From Minisyncoccota bacterium (lineage in GTDB: Bacteria > Patescibacteriota > Minisyncoccia > Phycocordibacterales > UBA2100): DNA of 64,000 nt. The notes beneath the pieces are model-generated. The model saw only the letters and a list, made by a program, of their open reading frames with translations, was not told the origin of the DNA and made no database searches. Of this stretch, positions 19,440 to 29,704 are shown in pieces. Where the stretch lies: NCBI GenBank assembly GCA_043780835.1, contig JAYWCB010000013.1:13512-77511 (forward strand), written 5' to 3'. Position 1 is the first letter of the stretch. Every line of letters starts with the position of its first letter. A program made the position numbers and the translations under genes.

Positions 19440-20435
19440 TTAGATCACCTTTTTCTTTTCGCTGTCGCCTGAGTTCACTTCGTAGTTTGTATTTTGTGAC
19501 TCGAAGAAGTTCACGAGTTCGAACACATCCGTTGCGGTCGACATCCATTTTGCGGGATTCGACGCGTTGTAGTGCTTCTCCATGCCAAGCTCAACAAGAC
19601 GGCGGTCGGCCACGTACTGCACGTACTGATTTACATAGTCAGCATTCAGTCCAAGGATGCCACGCGGGAACAAGTCGGCATTGAATGTGGTTTCAAGATT
19701 TACGCCTTCGATCACGATTTGGCGGATTTCTTCGGCAAATTCTGCGGTCACGAGTTCCGGATTTTCTTCAAGAATGGAGTGAATGAGGTTGATGCCGAAC
19801 TTCAAATGCAGCGATTCGTCACGAAGCACCCAGTTGATCATCGATCCCAGATTGCGCAGTTGATTTCTTTGTCTAAACGAGAGTGCCACCATGAAGCCCG
19901 AGTAAAACCACACGCCTTCCATAACCACGTTTGTTGCAACAAGATTGCGCACAAAGTCTCGCTTACCATCGAGTGTAGACACATCAAGCTCGTCCTCAGT
20001 CATGCGCTTCATGTATTTGTTGATGAATGCTTCTTTTGCAGCCATTGACGGCACCTGCGTGTGCAGATTGAATACCTTTTCGCGATCGAGCGGGAACGTT
20101 TGCAGAACGTATTCAAACGCGACGCAGTGGTTTGCTTCCTCCCACATTTGCTTTGCGAGATAGAGATGGCATTCAGCCGACTTGAGGTGCGGATACACGC
20201 CAAGCGCGAGTGAACGGTTCACCACCAGTTCCGCTGGATTAAAAAATGCGACGAGGAATTCAACCGCATGGCGTTCGTCATCGGTCATCTTTGCCCAATC
20301 GTCGAGATCTTCTTTGAGTGCAATTTCGTGTGGGAACCACGTGTTTCGGACGGCCTGGTTGTAGAGGTCGTATGCCCACGGATATTGCGAGGGGTGCAAG
20401 TTGTAATCGTCTGGTGATGGTTTGCCTAAGAGCAT
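19440..20435 (-). CDS. nrdB: Ribonucleotide reductase small subunit, class Ic-like
   Basis: WFPHEI, EEANH, EGVWFYSGF, RDESLH, NFFE. Confidence 0.95.
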   Translation of the reverse strand: MLLGKPSPDDYNLHPSQYPWAYDLYNQAVRNTWFPHEIALKEDLDDWAKMTDDERHAVEFLVAFFNPAELVVNRSLALGVYPHLKSAECHLYLAKQMWEEANHCVAFEYVLQTFPLDREKVFNLHTQVPSMAAKEAFINKYMKRMTEDELDVSTLDGKRDFVRNLVATNVVMEGVWFYSGFMVALSFRQRNQLRNLGSMINWVLRDESLHLKFGINLIHSILEENPELVTAEFAEEIRQIVIEGVNLETTFNADLFPRGILGLNADYVNQYVQYVADRRLVELGMEKHYNASNPAKWMSTATDVFELVNFFESQNTNYEVNSGDSEKKKVI

Positions 20436-20502
20436 AATTGAAGTTGCGCACTACTTCTTGGTAATTGAGTTGTGGAATTTTACTTTGAGACTGTGTGATT
20501 TC

Positions 20503-23394
20503 CTATTGACACGCGATGCAAACGTTCGGACTATCTGCACCGTCATCGGGCATATCGTATTCCTGCTTTGCAGGAGCTGGCGCCTGTGCGGCCGGTGCAT
20601 GAGACGCGGTTGCTACTGGTATGGAAGCGGGAGTTTCGGCAACTGATTTAAGCGTTGCGAATCCCATCGGAGTATTCTGATCGCTTATTGATGCACCTGT
20701 GGATGCGCTTGGTACCACTGATGCAACAGACGAGAATCCTCCCCTGGAGGCCACAGCCGGTGCGGGAGCGGTCTCTTGGGTCGCCTGGGCATCTATAGAT
20801 GCTATCGAGCTCTCGGCTGCGTCTGTAGGCAGGTGGGCGGCTGCGGCACTTACCGCTGCAAAGCCCCGAGCCGGTTGCGCAGGAACCGGTACGGGCGTGT
20901 GGGTTGGCATTTGAACAGGAGTGTCGAATGTGATCGGCGATGGTGACATATCGAGCGGTGAGAGTGTTGCATCTGACGGGATACCCGCAGCAGCGAGCTT
21001 GATCGATCCGAATCCGCGCTTGCCCGTCATTTCAGATTTGTTCACATTGGTCGTCGATTGTTCTGCAGTATGACGAGGCTTCATGTGCAAGTAGTAGGTC
21101 GTCTTCAAACCCTTTTTCCATGCAGTCATATAGACCTGTTTCATATCAACCATGTCGCGACTATCGAGATACATGTTGCGCGAGAGGGCCTGGTCGACCC
21201 ATTTTTGCGCACGCGCAGCAACCTCGATGTATGCGTACGGATTGGTAGTAAACGCGGTTTTGTAGATTTCTTTGAAGTATGCGGGAAGGCCTTCGATGTT
21301 TGAGATGTCGCCCTGCGCTTCGATAATCTTCTCTTTCATCTCATCCCAGAGACCCATGTTCTTGAGATCCTTTACGAGATTGTGGTTGAGGTCGAGGTAC
21401 TTTCCGGAAATCTTGTTGCGTGCAAAGACCTGTGCAAAGCGGGGATCGATGCCCGGCGTGGTGCCGGCAACGAGTCCGATGTTTGCATTTGGTGCAACTG
21501 CCATGAGTGTTGCGTTGCGCATGCCAAGCTTCACGCGGGCGCGAAGCTTGTCCCAATCCAATCGCTTTTGCTTGGTAATTTTTGTGAGATCGGTCGTCAT
21601 GCCGCGATCTTTTTCCATACGCTCAATAGTATCGAGCGGCACCATGCCCTCGGACCATCCGGAACCGGGGAAATTCTTATAGCTGCCGCGCTCTTGCGCC
21701 AAATTCGCGCTTTCATCAATTGCCATGTAACTGATGAATTCAAATACACGATCCGCAAAATCCCAGGCATGCGGACTCTCGTAGCTCATCGAGAGTTGTT
21801 CAAGCGCATCGGAGAATCCCATAACGCCAAGTCCGATCGCACGGTTTTCGTTGTCGGAGCGCGCAGCCTCTTCGATGGGAAGTACATTGATGTCGATGAG
21901 GTTGTCGAGCTGACGCACTGCGGTACGGACCGTGTCTTCGAGCTTCGCCCAATTGATCTGCTTACCCTCAATATGTCCCGCTATGTTGAGCGACGCGAGA
22001 TTGCAGACTGCAATGTTGTTGCGATCCTGAGGAAGCGTGATTTCCGTGCAGAGATTCGACATGTGGATGGTGCCGGTGTTGTTGTTGAGCGCGCGCAGGT
22101 TGATCGGATCTTTCCACGTGAGCCACGGGTGAGAGGTGGACTGGAGGGCAGTCAAAATATGCTGGAACTGTTCCGTTGCAGGCACTTTCTTGAACATGCG
22201 TAGTTTGCCGGCCTTTGCCATTTCCACGTACTCTCCGTAGCGCTTTGAGAACGCGGAACCGTAGAGCTCGTTCAGATCCATGGTTTCTTTCGGATCGAAC
22301 ATGTACCAGTCGTCGCCCGATTCCACACGCTTCATAAATTCATCGGAGATGAATACGGCGGTGTTTGCCGTGCGCATACGCAGATAGTCGTCGCCCGCAT
22401 TGTGCTTCCAGTCAATAAACTCGGGGAAATCGTAGTGCCAGTTCTCCATGTAGAAGCAGAGTGCACCGAGCTTCTTGCCGCCGCGCTGCACCGCGCGAAT
22501 TGCGGTGTCCATGATTTTTGCAAACGGTGTCGGACCGCTCGACACTGTGTTCGAAGATTTGAGAGGCGATCCTGTTGCACGGAGCTTGGTGATTGAAACA
22601 CCGATACCGCCGGATCCTTTTGAGATTTTCAGCACGTCGGCAACCGATTTTGCGATGTGGTCCATGTCGTCGTGCACTTCGAGTAGGAAGCAGTTCGAGA
22701 GTGACGGTCGGGATGTGCCTGCACCGAGATTCGTGGAGCCACCTGCAAGATAGAGCAGCTGCGACATCTTTTCGTAGAACTTAATTGCAGAGACGGTAGG
22801 ATTCTTTTCGTTGTAGGAGAGTCCCATCGCCACACGCATAAAGAAATACTGCGGCGTCTCGATGCGCTTTTGGTTTTCGTCGCGCATCGAGTATCGGTCG
22901 AGGAGGGAAGAAAGTCCCGCGTAATTCAAGAGCTCATCGCGTTCCATCTTGAGTGTGGCACCGAGCGTTTCAAGGTCAAACATGGATACCATCCTCTCTT
23001 CGAGGAGTCCTGCAGTGACGTACTTTTGTATATGGAGCGGAAACTGCGTAGCATGCTTTGCGGCAAGTTCAGTCTTATCATCGTTGTATTCTCCCACGAC
23101 GCGGCGATAGACGGTTTTGAGGAGGAGTCGTACGGCAACTTTGTCGTACTCGATGTCTTCTTTGATGTTTTGAACGGCGGCGTTGATCGTGGCCAAGTCC
23201 ATTTCATCGGTGGTGATGCCATCGTAAAGCGTGAGACGTGTTTCGGTCGCGATTTGCGTGACCATCGAAATCGGATCCGAGAGGCCTTCGGCCGCTCGTT
23301 CGATTGAACGATTGATCCTATCTGCGTTGAAAAGTTCTTTCTGTCCGTCGCGTTTTGTAATTGAGATGTTTGTCATATGGCTTGCCGCTACCAT
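20503..23394 (-). CDS. nrdA: Ribonucleotide reductase large subunit with ATP cone and long low-complexity C-terminal linker
   Basis: ITKRDG cone, SNCF, SNLCTEI, APNANI, KTTYY, terminal CIAC; start may be 23376. Confidence 0.96.
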   Translation of the reverse strand: MVAASHMTNISITKRDGQKELFNADRINRSIERAAEGLSDPISMVTQIATETRLTLYDGITTDEMDLATINAAVQNIKEDIEYDKVAVRLLLKTVYRRVVGEYNDDKTELAAKHATQFPLHIQKYVTAGLLEERMVSMFDLETLGATLKMERDELLNYAGLSSLLDRYSMRDENQKRIETPQYFFMRVAMGLSYNEKNPTVSAIKFYEKMSQLLYLAGGSTNLGAGTSRPSLSNCFLLEVHDDMDHIAKSVADVLKISKGSGGIGVSITKLRATGSPLKSSNTVSSGPTPFAKIMDTAIRAVQRGGKKLGALCFYMENWHYDFPEFIDWKHNAGDDYLRMRTANTAVFISDEFMKRVESGDDWYMFDPKETMDLNELYGSAFSKRYGEYVEMAKAGKLRMFKKVPATEQFQHILTALQSTSHPWLTWKDPINLRALNNNTGTIHMSNLCTEITLPQDRNNIAVCNLASLNIAGHIEGKQINWAKLEDTVRTAVRQLDNLIDINVLPIEEAARSDNENRAIGLGVMGFSDALEQLSMSYESPHAWDFADRVFEFISYMAIDESANLAQERGSYKNFPGSGWSEGMVPLDTIERMEKDRGMTTDLTKITKQKRLDWDKLRARVKLGMRNATLMAVAPNANIGLVAGTTPGIDPRFAQVFARNKISGKYLDLNHNLVKDLKNMGLWDEMKEKIIEAQGDISNIEGLPAYFKEIYKTAFTTNPYAYIEVAARAQKWVDQALSRNMYLDSRDMVDMKQVYMTAWKKGLKTTYYLHMKPRHTAEQSTTNVNKSEMTGKRGFGSIKLAAAGIPSDATLSPLDMSPSPITFDTPVQMPTHTPVPVPAQPARGFAAVSAAAAHLPTDAAESSIASIDAQATQETAPAPAVASRGGFSSVASVVPSASTGASISDQNTPMGFATLKSVAETPASIPVATASHAPAAQAPAPAKQEYDMPDDGADSPNVCIACQ

Positions 23395-23903
23395 TGGTAA
23401 TCTCTCTCAAATATAGATTTGAAGAGAGCGCACGCTACCCAGCCGAAGACTCAAAAGGGGGCCACAAAAGACCTGGCAGGGTTAGCTCCCAGGCGGACCG
23501 ATCTCTCGAGTCAAGATACATCTCGGAGAGAAAACGAGATGTATCTGTTGGATGCGACTCTTATTTTTGCACGATAGCCTTCCACGCTTGATGCTATGGA
23601 GTGGGGATAACACGCGATTGAATACAAAAATGGCTTACTTATTGAGCGTCGGAAACGTCGCACATCGCAACCGGAAACGCTTACGAAACGATACCTCGGG
23701 ATGTCAATTTTTGTATGAAGAGTGATGGTTTTTATGCAACAAAAAACGCGTCGCGGTATACAATACGGCACTGTGCCCGCACACACGAAACGGCATAGTA
23801 TGCGTCGACTCTTTTACCTACCTACAACAAAGTAACAATCTCTATGTCTTCATTATCAATTTCAAACGGCATACAGAGACGATGCCGTTTCGTGTGATCG
23901 GGT

Positions 23904-25130
23904 ATGCAGAACAATCCATGGGAACGCGCGCTTCGTCAGCTGCACACCGCCGCAGCTCATATTGATATCCCAAAGCCATTGCTCGAACGACTGGAAACTC
24001 CTGATCACGTAATCGATGTTTCGATCCCTGTGGTTATGGATGACGGTCGAACCGAAACATTTCAGGGGTACCGCGTGCAGCACAACAACATCCGCGGACC
24101 GTACAAAGGAGGATTGCGCTATCACCCAAATGTAGACATGGACGAGGTCAAGGCGCTCGCATTTTGGATGACAATGAAAAATGCGGTGATCGGTGTGCCG
24201 TTTGGGGGAGGAAAGGGTGGCATCCGCGTTGACCCGAAACAACTTTCCAGCGGCGAACTGGAGCGCTTAACACGCGGATTTACGCGCGAACTCGCACCGC
24301 ACATCGGTCCGCACGTAGATGTGCCTGCGCCGGATGTAAATACGAATTCCACGATCATGAGTTGGATCCGCGATGAGTACTCAAAAATCGTCGGTGAGGA
24401 CACTCCGGCAGTGATTACCGGCAAAGCAGTTGAGCATGGCGGATCGCGTGGCCGAACCGAGGCAACGGGTATCGGTGGTTTTTATGCGCTCGACGAATAT
24501 TTGAAACAGACCGGTCAACAACACAATTTAAGCGCCGCGATTCAAGGAATGGGAAATGTGGGCGGATATTTGGCCGGATACATGCAACAGAGCGGATTCA
24601 AGATCGAAGCTCTCACTGATTCGAAAAGCGGAGTGTATGTGCCCGGCGGATTGCGCGACATTGAGGCAATTCGGACATTCAAAGAGTCGCACGGTTCGCT
24701 TGAGGGTTCTGCAGATTCGGGTGATGCGCAGTACATCGCCTCCGGCGATATTGTTGCGCTTCCGGTCGATATTCTCATACCTTGCGCACTTGAAAATTCA
24801 ATCACCGGTGACAACGCGGGTTCTGTGCAGGCACGGATTATTTTGGAAATGGCAAACGGTCCGACCACGACTGACGCTGATGCAATCCTTGAAAAGAAAT
24901 CGGTGGTAGTAATTCCGGACATTCTTGCAAACGCAGGAGGCGTCGCGGTCTCATATTTTGAGTGGTACCAAAATATTCACCATGAATCATGGACGAAAGA
25001 CGATGTATTTTCTAAACTCTCAGACCTCATGCGTGCAGCTGTCGATACGGTGCTCGTAACCGCACAAGAGAAAAACGTATCGCTGCGAACGGCGGCATAT
25101 ATCGTTGCGCTCAAAAAGCTCTCTGAGTGA
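23904..25130 (+). CDS. gdhA: Glutamate dehydrogenase
   Basis: GPYKGGLRYHP, GGGKGG, DVPAPD, QGMGNVG, PDILANAGGV. Confidence 0.95.
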   Translation: MQNNPWERALRQLHTAAAHIDIPKPLLERLETPDHVIDVSIPVVMDDGRTETFQGYRVQHNNIRGPYKGGLRYHPNVDMDEVKALAFWMTMKNAVIGVPFGGGKGGIRVDPKQLSSGELERLTRGFTRELAPHIGPHVDVPAPDVNTNSTIMSWIRDEYSKIVGEDTPAVITGKAVEHGGSRGRTEATGIGGFYALDEYLKQTGQQHNLSAAIQGMGNVGGYLAGYMQQSGFKIEALTDSKSGVYVPGGLRDIEAIRTFKESHGSLEGSADSGDAQYIASGDIVALPVDILIPCALENSITGDNAGSVQARIILEMANGPTTTDADAILEKKSVVVIPDILANAGGVAVSYFEWYQNIHHESWTKDDVFSKLSDLMRAAVDTVLVTAQEKNVSLRTAAYIVALKKLSE

Positions 25131-25142
25131 TAGAGTATTTCT

Positions 25143-26477
25143 ATGGAGATACACGGGCCTGATTTCAGGGCTTATTTCAAGGGTAAAAAGGTAACCGTCA
25201 TGGGTTTAGGGCTATTGGGACGCGGGGTAGGTGACGCCGCGTTTCTTTCTGATTGCGGAGCGCTCGTAACCGTGACCGATATGAAAGACGAGATCGCACT
25301 TGCGAGCTCTCTGCAGCAGCTGAAGTCATATACAAATATTACGTATCATCTCGGCGGGCACGTTATATCAGATTTTACCGATACGGATCTCGTGATTAAA
25401 GCGGCGGGCGTCAAATTGGATTCACCGTTCATCGAAGCGGCCCGCGAAGCGGGAATACCGATCGCGATGTCGACTTCGCTCTTCGCACAATTTGCGCAGG
25501 CTCAGGGAGTGACGATCGTGGGGGTAACGGGTACCCGTGGAAAATCCACTGTTTCTCATATGATCTATCACGCACTTACCCACGCCGGTAAGCGGGCGCA
25601 TCTGGGCGGGAACATTCGCGGACTCTCCACACTCGCCATGTTGCCCGACATGTGTGCAGGTGACATTGCGGTGCTTGAATTGGATTCGTGGCAACTTCAG
25701 GGATTCGGGGACGCATACATGAGTCCGCATATTTCCATATTTACGAACCTGATGCCCGATCACCAGAATTATTATCCAGACATGGATTCGTATTTTAGAG
25801 ATAAGGCGAATATCTTTTTGTACCAAACGAAAGACGATGCGCTGTTTGTGGGCGCAGATATTGAGGCACAGGTGCGCGCAGCGCATCCACCGGTAGAGCC
25901 AACGGTTATCAGCGAACTCGCACCTGATTGGGAGCTTAAGATCCTTGGCATCCACAACAGAATAAATGCCGCACTCGCAGCCGCAGCGTGCCTTCGCTTG
26001 GGACTCACCAGTGAAGTCATTCGCGCCGGACTCGAATCATTTAACGGTGTGGAAGGTCGACTACAATTTATGGGCCTCGCAGGCGGCGTGCGTGTATTCA
26101 ATGACAACAACGCAACCACGCCTGAGGCAACGATTGCGGCGCTGCGCGCGCTCGATCAGGGGAGGCGCGACATCGTGCTCATTGCAGGCGGCGCTGATAA
26201 AAATCTAGATCTGGATATATTGGTCTCAGAAATTCAGCGCACGTGCAAAGCGGTCTTTCTTATTGCAGGCACAGGGACCGATCGTATCAAGCCGTTGCTC
26301 AATGATCCGCAAATATTCCAATCGCTCGAGACGGCGACAGACTCCGCGTTTGATACCGCAGTGTTCGGTGATGCGGTCTTATTCTCACCCGCATTTACAT
26401 CGTTCAGTGCCTACGCAAACGAATACGAACGTAATGATCACTTTTTATCACTGGTACGGCCGCGTATAGAGACGTAG
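25143..26477 (+). CDS. murD: UDP-MurNAc-L-Ala--D-Glu ligase
   Basis: VMGLG, GVTGTRGKST, LELDSWQL, DHQ, SPAFTSF. Confidence 0.93.
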   Translation: MEIHGPDFRAYFKGKKVTVMGLGLLGRGVGDAAFLSDCGALVTVTDMKDEIALASSLQQLKSYTNITYHLGGHVISDFTDTDLVIKAAGVKLDSPFIEAAREAGIPIAMSTSLFAQFAQAQGVTIVGVTGTRGKSTVSHMIYHALTHAGKRAHLGGNIRGLSTLAMLPDMCAGDIAVLELDSWQLQGFGDAYMSPHISIFTNLMPDHQNYYPDMDSYFRDKANIFLYQTKDDALFVGADIEAQVRAAHPPVEPTVISELAPDWELKILGIHNRINAALAAAACLRLGLTSEVIRAGLESFNGVEGRLQFMGLAGGVRVFNDNNATTPEATIAALRALDQGRRDIVLIAGGADKNLDLDILVSEIQRTCKAVFLIAGTGTDRIKPLLNDPQIFQSLETATDSAFDTAVFGDAVLFSPAFTSFSAYANEYERNDHFLSLVRPRIET

Positions 26478-26531
26478 GTGGAAGGCTAAATTTTCGGCTG
26501 AATTGAACACGCACCGTGATATATTGCCGAA

Positions 26532-27041
26532 ATGATCGATTTCTCAAAGTACGCCATCAAAGGGAAAAATCGAATGGATCTCAATGCATTATTTAGGGAT
26601 GTAGGTGCGTTCGATGCCGCGATACAGTCTATGGCGGAACCGTTCCGCGCGAAGAGCGTATCAGCAGTTGCTGCACTTGATGCACTCGGATTTGTCTTTG
26701 GAACCGCAATCGCACGAGAGCTCGGCTGTGGATTGATATTGGTACGTAAAGGAGGAAAACTTCCTGTTGAATGCGAGTCCACAACATTTGTTGATTACTC
26801 AGGGGATACGAAAACATTTGAGATTGCACGTGGAGTAATTTTCGAAGGTGACACTGTGCTTATCGTTGACGAATGGTCATCGACTGGTGCGCAACTTGAG
26901 GCGAGTGCGTTATTGATTGAAAAGATGGGGGGAGTCGTTATTGGCGCGGCATGTTACAGCATGAACGCACGGGTTAAAGCCAACCCACTTCTATCGAAAT
27001 ACGTATTGCATTCATTGCTTGTGTCCGAATCGACGATGTAA
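26532..27041 (+). CDS. apt: Adenine phosphoribosyltransferase (divergent)
   Basis: LGFVFG, VRKGGKLP, VLIVDEWSSTG PRPP motif. Confidence 0.75.
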   Translation: MIDFSKYAIKGKNRMDLNALFRDVGAFDAAIQSMAEPFRAKSVSAVAALDALGFVFGTAIARELGCGLILVRKGGKLPVECESTTFVDYSGDTKTFEIARGVIFEGDTVLIVDEWSSTGAQLEASALLIEKMGGVVIGAACYSMNARVKANPLLSKYVLHSLLVSESTM

Positions 27042-27094
27042 GGTGGAAAGCTAAACCTTCCACATGACGTTGGAAATGATAGAGTCGAAATAAT

Positions 27095-28174
27095 ATGGAT
27101 ACACCGGAAATCGCAAGCCCCGCATTTTTCATAGGGAAAGGAACAAATGCTGAGGGAGATCTCATTTCTTTCGGCTCCGGCCAGCCGGACTTACCGCCGC
27201 CGCCAAGTGCGTTTTCGGTATTGCAGAATTACCGGGGATTTAAATACGGCATGGTGCAGGGCGAAGAGAATCTGCGCGCAGCTATCGCAAAAGAGTATCC
27301 GAGTGCGATTGCAGAGGAAATCGTCATTACCAACGGTGCCTCCGAAGCAATCGATCTAGTGCTGCGCGCTATTTCGGTCTCCGGTGGACGCGTTGCATTA
27401 CCGCGGCCGTTTTACTATTCGTATCCGCACAATGTAACGCTCGCTGGGATGACTCCGGTGTACTACGACCTTGAAAAAGGCAAGATCAATTTCGAGACAT
27501 TTGAACAAGCGGTTCAGGGATGTCGTGCCGTCATGATCAACTCACCGTCAAATCCGACCGGCACCGTGCAAGACGTGGAAACACTGCGGAAAATTGAAGA
27601 GCTGTGCAATGATCTCGGCATCTACGTGCTCTCCGACGAAGTCTATAAAGAACTCATGTACGAGCGCGAAAATTATTTGCTTAAGGGCAAGCGCGTGGTG
27701 ACTATCAATTCATTTTCAAAAACCTATGCCATGTGCGGACATCGTCTCGGATATTTTCATTCGCTCGATCGTGAACTCGTTGCTCGAGTGGTTGAGATGA
27801 AATCGCATACATCGATGAACACGTCGGTTGTAGCTCAGGCGATGGGCTTAGCGGCAATGAGCGAGCGCTCAACGTATGTAGCGTCGCACGTGCCGATATG
27901 GGAAAAGCGCCGCGACAATATTTATACCGGCATGCAGACACTCGGACTCGATCTCTGGAAACCGGAAGGGGCGTTTTATGTGCTGCCGAAATTCAAAAAC
28001 CCGTCTCGTGTCATGCACGATCTGTATTACAACTACAAAATGATTACGTACGACGGCACGTGGTTTGGTGCGCCGGATCGTTTGCGCTTCAGTTATGCCC
28101 TCGATGAGGCGAAGATCACCGAAGGTCTTGCGCGACTCGGTCGGTTCTTAGAATCGGAATACAAAACGTATTGA
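27095..28174 (+). CDS. PLP-dependent aminotransferase class I/II
   Basis: NSPSNPTG, SDEVY, SFSKTYAMCGHRLG, PEGAFY. Confidence 0.92.
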   Translation: MDTPEIASPAFFIGKGTNAEGDLISFGSGQPDLPPPPSAFSVLQNYRGFKYGMVQGEENLRAAIAKEYPSAIAEEIVITNGASEAIDLVLRAISVSGGRVALPRPFYYSYPHNVTLAGMTPVYYDLEKGKINFETFEQAVQGCRAVMINSPSNPTGTVQDVETLRKIEELCNDLGIYVLSDEVYKELMYERENYLLKGKRVVTINSFSKTYAMCGHRLGYFHSLDRELVARVVEMKSHTSMNTSVVAQAMGLAAMSERSTYVASHVPIWEKRRDNIYTGMQTLGLDLWKPEGAFYVLPKFKNPSRVMHDLYYNYKMITYDGTWFGAPDRLRFSYALDEAKITEGLARLGRFLESEYKTY

Positions 28175-28176
28175 TG

Positions 28177-28313
28177 CATGCCCGCACACTAACACTGTCG
28201 TCGTTATGCATGCAGAACAGTGTCTATTTCAGAATATGGCTACCAAATCAGTCAGTCCAAGAGTTGTCAAAATTGTTTCCACGGCATTACGACAGTGTTA
28301 GTGTGCGGGTATG
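28177..28313. repeat. 25-bp inverted repeat (24/25) covering the murI -10 box and start codon
   Basis: CATGCCCGCACACTAACACTGTCGT (28177-28201) versus ACGACAGTGTTAGTGTGCGGGTATG (28289-28313). Confidence 0.85.
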
Positions 28314-29072
28314 ATCGGGATATTTGACTCAGGAGTCGGTGGTCTTACGGTATTGCACGCGATTCGCGAAAATTTGCCGAGCGCAGACGTGATCTATTTC
28401 GGCGATACAAAGAATGCGCCCTACGGTGAAAAAAGTCGGGAACAATTATCTGACCTCACCGTTGCCGCCATTCAGTTATTACAGAAACGCGGAGCGAATA
28501 ATATCGTGAGTGCGTGTAATAGTGTCTCCGCGTCGCTCGCGGTCTCACTTCTTGATGCGTTCGATCTTCAACCGGGACAATTAATCGAGATGGTCGGGCC
28601 AACGGTCAGCGTATTTCGCGGCGCGGATATGCGTATCGCATTGGCAGCGACTCCCGCAACGATCTTGTCTGAAATCTATCAAAATGCATTCCGTATGATT
28701 GGAAAGGATATCCAAGCGATTCCTGTGCCGGGACTCGCTGGTGCCATTGAACTTGGAAAACCGAACGAAGAAATAGAATCAATCATCGCCACTGCCTTTG
28801 CCGGGGTGGATCCTGCATCGTTCGATGTGTTGGTGCTTGCATGTACACACTATCCGTTTGCGACCACTTCATTCAAAGCAGTCCTCGGGGAACAGGTTTC
28901 TCTATTTGATCCGGCACTCGCGGTTGCGGCTCGCGTGGAGAAACAGTTCTGGCCCCGCGAAGTAGGCGACGGTACGACAAGATTTATCATCAGCGCTGAA
29001 TCTGCTGAATTTCGCCGTCTTGTTACACAATTTTTCCCCGACACGCGCATCGATATCGAGGTGCTCGTTTGA
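28311..29072 (+). CDS. murI: Glutamate racemase
   Basis: IGIFDSGVGGLTV, PYGEK, ACNS, LACTHYP. Confidence 0.95.
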   Translation: MIGIFDSGVGGLTVLHAIRENLPSADVIYFGDTKNAPYGEKSREQLSDLTVAAIQLLQKRGANNIVSACNSVSASLAVSLLDAFDLQPGQLIEMVGPTVSVFRGADMRIALAATPATILSEIYQNAFRMIGKDIQAIPVPGLAGAIELGKPNEEIESIIATAFAGVDPASFDVLVLACTHYPFATTSFKAVLGEQVSLFDPALAVAARVEKQFWPREVGDGTTRFIISAESAEFRRLVTQFFPDTRIDIEVLV

Positions 29073-29162
29073 CATTTATAGATACTGTGTTAATATCCTG
29101 CCCGGTCGAGGCAGTCTCGAAACAGGCTCAATGAGTCGAAACACGCACGGTAGGAGTTCTAA

Positions 29163-29615
29163 ATGTCCGTCAAATCGCCGCATCTCATGGACAAGTACGT
29201 CGGCGCCCGCATTCGCATGCGACGCATGCAGGTTGGTATGTCGCAGGAAAAACTCGCCACGGGAATGGAATTGTCGTTCCAGCAGGTGCAGAAGTATGAA
29301 AAGGGTACCAATCGGGTGAGTGCGAGCAGACTACAGAAACTCTGCGAATTACTGGAGGTTACCGTTTCGCTCTTCTTCGAAGGTGCTCCCGGGTCGTCGA
29401 AAATAGCTGTTGCCTCACCGGCACAGGACCTGATGATAATGCTTTCGACAAGGGCGGGGGTTCGCCTCGCGAGCGCCATCAACGTCATCAAGCACGACCA
29501 GGAACTCATGGATCTCGTGGTCGGATTCGCGCAGACGGTGGCAACACGTGTTGCTTCACCGGAGCGGAAGGTCACGAGTATCGCGTCACGAGCAAAGAAG
29601 CGCGCGACACGGTAA
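29163..29615 (+). CDS. XRE-family HTH transcriptional regulator
   Basis: VGARIRMRR..MSQEKLA..FQQVQKYEKGTNRVSASRL; own TTGACA..TAATAT promoter, AGGAG SD, terminator 29646-29671. Confidence 0.92.
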   Translation: MSVKSPHLMDKYVGARIRMRRMQVGMSQEKLATGMELSFQQVQKYEKGTNRVSASRLQKLCELLEVTVSLFFEGAPGSSKIAVASPAQDLMIMLSTRAGVRLASAINVIKHDQELMDLVVGFAQTVATRVASPERKVTSIASRAKKRATR

Positions 29616-29704
29616 TCTTCGGAACCCATCATCACGCTGTTCGTTAAAGGCCGCATCATTGCGGCCTTTTTCATTTGTGTGTCGCAAACGCGTATACTGG
29701 TGCA

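Noticed and set aside
20510-21060. Intein in NrdA
   Set aside because: The insert is low-complexity with no HN-C/S/T junction.
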